From: a virus
Lineage: Duplodnaviria; Caudoviricetes
Length of the DNA: 64,000 bases
Strand: one strand, 5' to 3'
Virus record (IMG/VR): IMGVR_UViG_3300038345_000144
The notes under the pieces are model-generated. The model was not told where the DNA came from. It saw only the letters and a list, made by a program, of their open reading frames with translations, and did not search any database. This document shows positions 19,601 to 27,627 of the stretch, piece by piece (position 1 is the stretch's first letter; every line of letters begins with the position of its first letter). The translations under genes were made by a program, and so were the position numbers.

Positions 19601-22600
19601 AAGATAGTAACCGTCAGCAGTGATGATTTCTCTTACTGCATACTGTCCAGACTTCAAGCCGTTGAAAGCAACGATACCAGAATGAGGACGGTCAACGATA
19701 GTTCTTACATTATCCTTCTCTGCTCCAGTGATTTTACCATCTTTGTTGGTATCACTATAAAGTTCGAAGCGGATAGCATAATTACCCTCGTAAGGTCTCT
19801 TTTCGCCTGTGAACGGGTCAATGACGATAGGCTCGCCTGTCCAAGTATCATACTTGTTAGCATATACAGGGACATCCATTACATTAACGACATAGAATAC
19901 CTCTTCTGTCTGGTCAACTAACTTAACAGTTGCTCTTGCTTGAGGGTCGGCTCCTCTATTAGAGTGGAAACGAACCTCCATATTATTAGTGTTCTCGCTG
20001 ATACGATACCAACCAGCAGGAATATCCTCAAGGTGAATGTTACCGTTTATATCAGTAAGTCTAATAATATAAGTATGTGGCATTTCGTTATAGGCAGGCA
20101 TACCGATTGCTTCCATTTCGGAAGAGTCCATATCCCAATAAGCCTTATCGAGATTTCCACCGTACTCGAACAAGAACTCATAACCTGCAAGGCTGTTTCT
20201 GTCATCGGTGTTATCCTCTGACCATACCTTGTTAAGGTCAATGTCTCCATACATTAAGTGGTTCTGTACTGCGTAAGTTACGCTGTCCTCACCAACAGCC
20301 ATCTTATGTGCTGTATCTTCAGGTGAGTCAAAGTGCATTTCCCACATAGTATTGAAGTAACTGCTCTGTGTCCAAGAACTGCTGTTGTAAATCTGTGCAG
20401 TTGTTGAAGTAGCAACATTCGGATAAGGAATACTGCTTGCAGTACGAGGTGTGTTTACACGGCTTGTTGTACCATTCTGTGCTGTGACAATCTCGTAAAT
20501 CTCGCCTGCGATGTCATAAACACCGTTAGATGCAGGAGGGTTAGAGTCATTATCATTGTCATAAGCATATTCAGGTACTTCGAAGATTTCATAGATATAG
20601 TATGTCTTATCATATACTAATCCATAAAGTCTATCCCAACCGTCAGGAAGAGCGTTTCCTGCACTGTCGTACCACTGGTCTTCACCAAACTCATAGTAAC
20701 CAACGAGGTTAGTTTGAGCCTTCATATAGTCTTTCAAGAGGTTCTGACCATTCTTCTTTGCTTCCTTCAACTGTGCCATTGTGAATGTCGGATAACCACC
20801 AGCAAGAGGACCACTTGTGATAAAGAAAGTCGTTGTATTGATGTCAAAGTGATAATCCGTAGAGTCATTCTGACCGTTGTTGTTAACATCGAGGAAAGGT
20901 GTATCAGTAGACTTGAAGACCTTGCCACTCATCGAGTCTTCATAATAGAAGTTATCAATGTTATTAGAAATAACAATGTTCTTGCCCTCATACTGTGCCT
21001 GTCCGTCGTCAGAGTAGTTGTGACTCTGATGAGCGTGGTAGTTAGTAATTTGAACACTATAAGGTGTTGCAATCTGACCACCAGACATTGTGTATGTGAG
21101 TGTACCGATGTGTGTTGTCTGTGAAACATTTGTCAAATCAATCTGGACTGTGTAAACACTTTCAGTATCTAACAATTCAGTCTGGTTCTGTTCAGGAATG
21201 TTCCATTCGTTACCGTTGTTGTCCCTCAAGATTGTAGGGGCTTTTGTTTCCTTTACATAAACCTTCTCATTGTAGTTGAATAAGAGGTCTCCACTCTCAC
21301 TTACAGTGTAACTTGTAGGAGAGAATGTGAGGTAATCACGCAAATTACCTGCCTGTGTAGAAACATAGTGACCATCATTATTGTCGGTTAATGTCATAAT
21401 AGGCTGTGTGCAAGCCTCATCATAATAGAGAGTGAACTCTGCACCAATATATGTCCAACCATTATAAGCCTTCTTATTGAGATAGAAGTCAAACTCGGCA
21501 TTTGATGGATAGTCGGTTGCTTGAACCTTTACGATTTCTACATCAGTTGGCTCTTCGCCAGAAGCGACATCCAATTCGTGACAAGCAGTTACAGTAAAGT
21601 TCAACTTTTCACCCTGTACGCCAGAAGTGAAGTTATAGTACATACCACCGTAGAACATAGACTGGTTAACTGTCTGTCCTACAAACTGTGTGATAAGTGT
21701 ACCAGAGTTTGTTGTACCGTCAGGGTAAGTACCAGCGTTAGCAATATCGTTAGTCTCCGTAGGTCTAATTTCCGTTGCATAGAAATCACCAGTAGGAAGT
21801 CTGAAATACTGTGAACCGCCTGTAAGTCTTACAATAGGTGCAACATTCTCATCAGGCTTGATGTCATCAGGATAAGTAACAGACTTCATTTTACCATATT
21901 CGTCAAGGACTACAACAGCATAAAGTTTGTTCTCTGCCTGTGAGTAAATACCATAAACAGTATTATCAATAGAAGTTCCTTGTTTATAACCGTTAAGAGG
22001 TGCATTTACACCAGTAGGAAGGATATTTTCCTTCTCAATTGCGGCATAACCATAAACTACCTTATCGTTGAATGTTACACAAAGACTATCTGCCTGTGCA
22101 GGGTACTGACGAACATAGAGAGTGTTTCCCATAGGACCATTATTAGTCTCGTTATTATAGAAATACAACTGCTCTAAAGGTTCATCAGGCTGTCCATTTA
22201 CTGCCTGTGAAACTACCATACCAAACAAAGGTGTGTTGTTGAGATAATAGAACTCATTTGTAGAAGTTTCTCTAACAATATAAGTACCAAATCTCATAGG
22301 AGGTTGACCTTGAGTAAGGGCAAATTTAGGGCAAGTAAGTCCGTTAATTGTGACCATACCATAGTCTTTTGTTCCCTGACCTGTGCAAGTAAGTGTAGTA
22401 GTGTCAGTAGGTGTATGTGTGTCAAAGTATTCCTTTAATGCAGTAGAGTCATTATAAACTCTAATATTCTCTGTTACAGAATTTGCATCATAGAAATAAT
22501 CATCATAATAGTAAACAGTAAACTGAATACCATCAGTAGTTGCGGCAGAAGGAGCGTTTACTTCGTCCCACTGCTCATCGTCTTCCTTCTTAACCTTCTG

Positions 22601-25600
22601 CTGGATAGGGTCTCCATCAGGGTCATCCTTTACTAATACGCAGATAACAGCACCATCGTCAGCAACTCCACCGCCCTGAACAGGGTAAGTAGGGTCGTAG
22701 AACGCAGTTGTATAGTCTACTGCGTGTGGGTTAAAGTCATAAAGATAACCACTGTTGTAGTTATAACCATTAAAGTTACGAACAGGAAGAGTTCCATCGT
22801 TCTCATAAACATTCCAGTTATTAGCAACAATATCATCTACTGTTAACTTAATAGCCTGTGTCTGACCACCAGTTTGACCCATAGGCTGTGTAAACTGATA
22901 TGTCTTGTTGTTACCTTCCATACGGAAAGTAAGACCTTCCATAGAGTAACAATTTGTGTAAGAACGGCTGTTTGCAGACTCTTTTGCTACATAAACATAG
23001 AGGTTAGTGATTACAGGAATGTCAAGACCGTTAACGTGGTATTGAGCATTGTATCTCTTAAACTGACCTTCAATCTGGTTCTGCTGGTTGCTATGAGAAT
23101 ATACCCAAACTTGATAATCATACCACTGTGAGTATGGAGTACCACTCGGATAAGTAAATGTGTTATCTACTGCCTGACCACCACCAAATGTGATAGTAGC
23201 ACCAGCACCAAGCACACCAAAGTTAATTGCACTTATGTTAGTTGCATCAATTGTGATGTTCCAATCACTATAAGTAACACGAAGTCCTGTATTAGCAGTA
23301 TTGATAGTATCAATATACTGAATAAGTGCCTTCTGTGCATCAGGAGCAACATCATCAGAATTAACAACCTTATTACCTGTGTGCTTATCAATAACACTTA
23401 CAGGAAGTGTATAAGTCTGACCAGGAATGATAAGAAGTTTACCATCAACAAGTGTCTGACCAGTATAGTCAATAGCAATATCATAGGTAACCTTTGTATC
23501 AAAAGTACCAGAATTGCTAAAACTACTTTCATTAGGAACACCTACTTCGGTTCCCCTAACAGAAATACCAGCACCATCACATAAGTATTCCCAAACCCAA
23601 GCCTGTTTTTCATCGTTATCATAAGAAGAATAACCTAAAACAAGTGAGATGTCGTGAACATTATCGTGATTATTAGCAGTATCATAAGGCAAATAAGAAA
23701 CCTTTGTACTCTTTGCATCAGGTTCAGCATATTCAGCAAAACCCATAACTCTATAAGGGTGTTCAGTGTGTCCATTTACTGTGGCAGTAGGATATGTTTC
23801 GTGCGGTTGAGCACAATATGTTCTATTTGTGTGATTTCCAGAACTATTGAAACCATTACCATATCCATCGTACCAACCACTACCATCTACACGAACAGCA
23901 TAACCATTTCTTTGCTTATTACCAATGATTGACTCATTAAGATTATCGGCAATAGTCTGATAATTAACTGTTTCAGTAGAAGATGATACACCTTCACCAA
24001 CGAACTTGTACGACTTTGTTCCTAAGTTATACAAGCCTCTTAAAGTCTGGTTGGCTCCCTGTGTAGTTAATCCGTGGTTAGTATCACTTACCGTTGCGTG
24101 GAACTGAATATTCCACTTATGCTCCATCTTATAATCCCAAGTCATAAAGACATTGTAAACATCTCCATATTCTTGAGCATAAATAGTACCGTGAGATATA
24201 TTGAAATCATATGTTGCTTTATGACTGTCTACAACAATACCTGTTATATCATCAATATCATTAGCAACATCATTAGTTCTACTCTGGTTAACAGATTGAG
24301 CACTATCACAAATATCCTTAAATACATCGCTAATATGGTTATAGTCTGCCATAATGGAATTACGCTCAATATCAATAGCGATGGCTCTATCGGAGTACGA
24401 TGCTGGAATATTATTCTGTCTTCGATACTCATTTATTTGGGCTTTAGTAACTTGGTGTGTATAAGGATTACCTGTGGATTGACCTGAACGACCAATAACA
24501 CCATCACCACTATTATCAAGTGAACCTGAAATAGTAACTTTAGTGCCATTATATGTTGTTTTATTTATTCCTAAAACATCTTCATCTTCTGGCTCGTAGG
24601 TATATTGAGTACCTGTGCTATAAAAAGTATTTCTATTTGCACAGCCAAGTCCCCAATAATCTGTATTATAGTCATCAGGAATTTCTGGCTCATCATCAAC
24701 AATAGGTGTGAGTGAGAAATTTTCCCAATAAGATACAGTATTTGAAATCTTACCTGCAATAAAAAGTGAAGCCGCATCTGAAGTAGAGTCAGCAACTACA
24801 TAATAATTAGCGTCAAAGTTAGACAATACATTCTTTGTACGGTCTGCATTAACAGCACCAATTGAATATGTAGCACAATTAGCAGGAATATACTCGCTTG
24901 CAGACTTATTGTTGTTACCTGCGGAAGCGACTACTGTAATGCCCTGTGTCTTACATTCCTCAATAAGAGACTTAAATGCGTCATATTCACCATTATCTCT
25001 TACAGAAATAGCAAGGAGAATATAATCTACATTCATTTCCTTTGCGAACTGAACAGCATTGTAAACATCAGAAATATTACCGTGACCGTCATCGCCAATG
25101 GCTTTGATTGAAATAATATAAGCGTCACTTGTATTGTTAAGAATGTTATTTACCATTCTTGTACCGTGACCGTTTCTATCATATCCATCATCACCATCAA
25201 GAATACAATAAGCCTCATTTGCAAGGTCGGAACCTGTATCAATAACGGCAACCTTAACAGTAGCGTCAGGGTTGATTTCAGCGTTACCATAACCAACAGA
25301 ACCAGTACCACAAACGGCTACATCACCGTCGATAGAATACTCATAACCCTTGTTTGCACAATAAGTAATGGCATTAAGATACTGTGACTGGTCAACAAAA
25401 CTAATTACATAAGTACCGTCAAAGTAAACACCAAAATCAGGATTAAGGTCCTTACTAATATCAGCCTTTGTGTTGATGATAAGTTTTGTACCAGACATTC
25501 CTGTGATATAGGTTACAAACTCTTCAAAAGATGTTGCAAGAACAATATTTGAAGGCTTGACCGCCTCTATCTTTGTAAACTCATATTCGTTAGATGTGAG

Positions 25601-26302
25601 ATAAGTAACAGCGTTGTTGAAAGCCTCTTCTGTGTTGAAGCAGAAGCAGTATTCACCATTAAAATATCTACCATCATCAAATGTGAGTTCTGTGAGGTCA
25701 TCTGTTGTAACAACATAAATCTTCCAAACATCGGAACCAATGGAAGCGATAAAAGCGTCATATTCGCTACCAGTCTCACAAACAGGAACACAAGTAATCT
25801 CTACTTCAGGTGTTTCCGTAGGAGTAGGTGTAGGAGTCTCGGAAGGCTCTGTTGTTTCAGAAGGCTCTGTGGTCTCTGATGTTTCGGAACTTTCAGTAGG
25901 CTCTGTTGCTTCAGTTGTTTCTGAAGGCTCTACTGTTGTAGGCTCCTCTGTATCAGAAGGCTCTGTTGCCTCTGTATTATCAGATGCCTCTGTTCCCTCT
26001 GTTGTAGGGGGAGCAGTCGAGTCGATACTATCTGAAGGTTCAGTAGTATCAATAACTGTTTCAGGTGTGGTCTCGTCAACAGGCTCCGAATACTCGGTTT
26101 CAGCCCCGTGTACTGGAGTGGTTTCAACAACAACCGTAGCCTGTGTACCGTCATCTGAATTTGCATTACTCTCAACAATCTGTGTCTCTGAAGGAGGAGT
26201 TATCTCATCGGCAATTACCTTTACTTCAGGGGCAATAGGAGCAAGTGCAATAACGGTAGCAAGAATACCTGATGTTATCTTCTTTCTAAAGTTTAATTGC
26301 AT
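16691..26302 (-). CDS. 3203-aa cell-wall-anchored adhesin: S8 subtilase-like, thioester (TED), SpaA/CnaB isopeptide and VaFE/T-Q ester domains, sortase signal
   Basis: Signal peptide; E/T/P linker; VAVIDTG, NGHGT, SAGN, STSDAA; YCAQP and QAWVW; repeated Y.v.EtkAP.GY; four HxDxxDxx(Q)T-like repeats; PKTGD+TM+KGKKK. Confidence 0.88.
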   Translation of the reverse strand: MQLNFRKKITSGILATVIALAPIAPEVKVIADEITPPSETQIVESNANSDDGTQATVVVETTPVHGAETEYSEPVDETTPETVIDTTEPSDSIDSTAPPTTEGTEASDNTEATEPSDTEEPTTVEPSETTEATEPTESSETSETTEPSETTEPSETPTPTPTETPEVEITCVPVCETGSEYDAFIASIGSDVWKIYVVTTDDLTELTFDDGRYFNGEYCFCFNTEEAFNNAVTYLTSNEYEFTKIEAVKPSNIVLATSFEEFVTYITGMSGTKLIINTKADISKDLNPDFGVYFDGTYVISFVDQSQYLNAITYCANKGYEYSIDGDVAVCGTGSVGYGNAEINPDATVKVAVIDTGSDLANEAYCILDGDDGYDRNGHGTRMVNNILNNTSDAYIISIKAIGDDGHGNISDVYNAVQFAKEMNVDYILLAISVRDNGEYDAFKSLIEECKTQGITVVASAGNNNKSASEYIPANCATYSIGAVNADRTKNVLSNFDANYYVVADSTSDAASLFIAGKISNTVSYWENFSLTPIVDDEPEIPDDYNTDYWGLGCANRNTFYSTGTQYTYEPEDEDVLGINKTTYNGTKVTISGSLDNSGDGVIGRSGQSTGNPYTHQVTKAQINEYRRQNNIPASYSDRAIAIDIERNSIMADYNHISDVFKDICDSAQSVNQSRTNDVANDIDDITGIVVDSHKATYDFNISHGTIYAQEYGDVYNVFMTWDYKMEHKWNIQFHATVSDTNHGLTTQGANQTLRGLYNLGTKSYKFVGEGVSSSTETVNYQTIADNLNESIIGNKQRNGYAVRVDGSGWYDGYGNGFNSSGNHTNRTYCAQPHETYPTATVNGHTEHPYRVMGFAEYAEPDAKSTKVSYLPYDTANNHDNVHDISLVLGYSSYDNDEKQAWVWEYLCDGAGISVRGTEVGVPNESSFSNSGTFDTKVTYDIAIDYTGQTLVDGKLLIIPGQTYTLPVSVIDKHTGNKVVNSDDVAPDAQKALIQYIDTINTANTGLRVTYSDWNITIDATNISAINFGVLGAGATITFGGGQAVDNTFTYPSGTPYSQWYDYQVWVYSHSNQQNQIEGQFKRYNAQYHVNGLDIPVITNLYVYVAKESANSRSYTNCYSMEGLTFRMEGNNKTYQFTQPMGQTGGQTQAIKLTVDDIVANNWNVYENDGTLPVRNFNGYNYNSGYLYDFNPHAVDYTTAFYDPTYPVQGGGVADDGAVICVLVKDDPDGDPIQQKVKKEDDEQWDEVNAPSAATTDGIQFTVYYYDDYFYDANSVTENIRVYNDSTALKEYFDTHTPTDTTTLTCTGQGTKDYGMVTINGLTCPKFALTQGQPPMRFGTYIVRETSTNEFYYLNNTPLFGMVVSQAVNGQPDEPLEQLYFYNNETNNGPMGNTLYVRQYPAQADSLCVTFNDKVVYGYAAIEKENILPTGVNAPLNGYKQGTSIDNTVYGIYSQAENKLYAVVVLDEYGKMKSVTYPDDIKPDENVAPIVRLTGGSQYFRLPTGDFYATEIRPTETNDIANAGTYPDGTTNSGTLITQFVGQTVNQSMFYGGMYYNFTSGVQGEKLNFTVTACHELDVASGEEPTDVEIVKVQATDYPSNAEFDFYLNKKAYNGWTYIGAEFTLYYDEACTQPIMTLTDNNDGHYVSTQAGNLRDYLTFSPTSYTVSESGDLLFNYNEKVYVKETKAPTILRDNNGNEWNIPEQNQTELLDTESVYTVQIDLTNVSQTTHIGTLTYTMSGGQIATPYSVQITNYHAHQSHNYSDDGQAQYEGKNIVISNNIDNFYYEDSMSGKVFKSTDTPFLDVNNNGQNDSTDYHFDINTTTFFITSGPLAGGYPTFTMAQLKEAKKNGQNLLKDYMKAQTNLVGYYEFGEDQWYDSAGNALPDGWDRLYGLVYDKTYYIYEIFEVPEYAYDNDNDSNPPASNGVYDIAGEIYEIVTAQNGTTSRVNTPRTASSIPYPNVATSTTAQIYNSSSWTQSSYFNTMWEMHFDSPEDTAHKMAVGEDSVTYAVQNHLMYGDIDLNKVWSEDNTDDRNSLAGYEFLFEYGGNLDKAYWDMDSSEMEAIGMPAYNEMPHTYIIRLTDINGNIHLEDIPAGWYRISENTNNMEVRFHSNRGADPQARATVKLVDQTEEVFYVVNVMDVPVYANKYDTWTGEPIVIDPFTGEKRPYEGNYAIRFELYSDTNKDGKITGAEKDNVRTIVDRPHSGIVAFNGLKSGQYAVREIITADGYYLDTGYRFVTIYDLNNNGSITDDIFEVKLYDEPYSAPITIEKLDSETKEPIKNAEFTIYYDNGSVEGEWDEQDEIAMTFEPQLDANGKQMFEQIALGYYDVDGNWQNQLDANGNQVYVDGKPLGTYRQARVWWDDAQGKYVSDPLRAYHVWNSTTGQFEHRNYVVVESKLPYGYSFADANGEPTVKPDQAIFAIEYPDMQVDASGKAELYMDDDYQLQPVENVVEVKVQNFVMYNAPIKIETEALSIHNGNHTLEVGNIVSLDDTIKYYNLAPTGRYTFRAELYAKDDLNTVLSNATVSVVPEAKDGTTKVTFENVNSAKLVEGVENADGTVTFTAKDLVVYVYCDWDSDFDIYDGQRADHCDVADTLETVTIVPPTVTTTFVDTVSGSHLTPIGENVPMNDAVKTTNLNVGETYYAEAVLVNGETGEKLIDRDTNKPYTNRVSFVPTAENHNECVANVPFEVDTVDFVKWNASENKLETIKIVCFERIYASDGTLIAVHEDLKDENQTVTIVPPTLHTTLIDVASNSHRGSLGTAVVIRDKVDYENASEGTEYTFRGQIWEVKADGTLGEKLFDGDSDTTFTATSREGTEYVYFSDIDSTKLCNDGQPVRIVCFEYMYCKAMVDDDNDDTTPMVEKEIQISSHEDVTDQNQNIDFKPELETTLLVVKGENDGDDFDNKLVLDNTVQTYADTVHHHDLVVGETYNVTASLVDQETGSQLYRSEGGEALTQTLTYVPETADGDYVVEFKDVDSGTFGYYRTNEETGEQEFVKPNQIVAFETLTSKTGFVFDMHKDLNDENQTIHRPHYLRVSIAKMDRDNVKYYLANAEITVYTGDGKVAKDVNGNDCVGLTNSEGKIEFVIRYVEGQTYYAMETKAPAGYNLNTDKHQIKPVSTTDYGKEEIIPISVFDRAIIIPPTPKTGDSMPIMALVALIIVGAVGLTTVFVVKGKKKSAIEANSASIEGNSNENPEE

Positions 26303-26513
26303 TTCGAAATTACCTCAATTCTTTCTTTAATCTTTGCAAAAATTAAAAAGTATTAGTAGTTCTTTCGTTAGTGTCTTATAAAATCCTCGCTCAAATGGTT
26401 TGTATTGGTCTTACCACTAACTATAAGTTACTTGCCATCGAACTCTCTACTGCATTATGCCTACATTAGTAAACATTCATTATCACTTCCTTTCAAATGC
26501 TCTTTACATTCAC

Positions 26514-26535
26514 ATATATAAATAGCCTTTCATTT
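26514..26535 (-). promoter_or_regulatory. Element-specific motif copy 3
   Basis: AAATGAAAGGCTATTTATATAT upstream of adhesin. Confidence 0.6.
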
Positions 26536-26622
26536 ATAACATAACTATATCTCTATTGTAAACCCATAGAGCGAACATTTTTAGAGATTTTTGTATGATA
26601 TATGTCAAAAGGCTATAAAAAG

Positions 26623-26794
26623 TTAAGATTTTGGGTTGGGATTTGTCCCCCAACACACAATTTGTTTGTCGGCTGTAATTTCAGGCAGGGTCAGAGAAAA
26701 TAGGCTTTCAATAAATCCTTTGTCAGAACAACCTCCGTAATACGGAGGAAAACGACCCACCGTGAAACTACATATTTCTCTACCAAAATCTTAA
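26623..26794 (-). ncRNA. Candidate structured RNA (~172 nt) of unknown family
   Basis: Perfect 12-bp terminal stem, internal helices, two potential pseudoknots; G-U pairs favour minus strand. Confidence 0.5.
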
Positions 26795-26798
26795 GCAA

Positions 26799-26830
26799 GA
26801 AAAAGCCCTTGAGGAAATCTCTCAAGGGCT
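26799..26830 (-). terminator. Intrinsic terminator/attenuator hairpin
   Basis: AGCCCTTGAG-N7-CTCAAGGGCT followed by TTTTCTT. Confidence 0.75.
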
Positions 26831-26888
26831 GTTGTTTCAGTCAAGTATTATTATGTGAGATTACCTAAACAATAAGTATATAAACTTA

Positions 26889-26910
26889 TTATATATAAAT
26901 AGTCGTTAAT
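26889..26910 (-). promoter_or_regulatory. Element-specific motif copy 4
   Basis: ATTAACGACTATTTATATATAA. Confidence 0.7.
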
Positions 26911-26915
26911 TCGTA

Positions 26916-27536
26916 TTAAGCACAACGAACAGCAATATGATACATTACTGTGCTTCCAGATGTTGCATTAGTTAAAGTAACTAAATAATAGTAACCTGTT
27001 TCAACCAATTCTGAAGGAATAGTCATTGTATATGTGCCATCACTATTTTCAAGAGTACACTTATCAGTAATGCCTTCTACACCTTCCAATTCAAGACGAT
27101 TAGCAACCTTAAGAGCAATCTCGTCATTCATTAAAGTAGAACCTGTGGCTTCTGTAAACTTTGCTACTGCATAAAGCGTATAAGTTTCAGAGGACTTGAA
27201 GGAGAATGTGATATTCTGACCTGCCTCATAAATAGGTCTGTCAGGATATTCAAAACCATTATCCTCGGCTACTGTCAAACGAGCAGAACCCCAATCAAAA
27301 TTAGAAGCACCTTCTACCTCTGCATAATTATCAGGAGTAAACGGATTTTCCTTTGTTGTTTCTACTGTGGTCTCTGAAGGAGTTGTCTCCGACTCTGAAG
27401 GAGTGGTTTCTGTTTCAGTAACCGTTGTAGTAGGCTCTGTTGTAACTGTTGTAGGTGTGGGCTGACCACAAGCCGTAACTCCAAATACCATAGCACCGAT
27501 AAGTGCTGTTGCTGTTAACATTCTAAACTTTCTCAT
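26916..27536 (-). CDS. Lipoprotein with Thr/Glu-rich linker
   Basis: Lipobox VTAC after hydrophobic stretch. Confidence 0.8.
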   Translation of the reverse strand: MRKFRMLTATALIGAMVFGVTACGQPTPTTVTTEPTTTVTETETTPSESETTPSETTVETTKENPFTPDNYAEVEGASNFDWGSARLTVAEDNGFEYPDRPIYEAGQNITFSFKSSETYTLYAVAKFTEATGSTLMNDEIALKVANRLELEGVEGITDKCTLENSDGTYTMTIPSELVETGYYYLVTLTNATSGSTVMYHIAVRCA

Positions 27537-27627
27537 TTTTATTTCCTTTCTCTATGCCCCAGTTGGGCTAACACCAATGGTGTTTTTAACTTTTGTTTGC
27601 AACCCCCGTAATACGGGGAACTTTCTT

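Noticed and set aside
26623-26794. Assignment of the RNA candidate to 6S, raiA-motif, ZTP riboswitch or a known ribozyme
   Set aside because: Not a rod with central bubble and I could not match the conserved cores by eye; left unassigned pending Rfam
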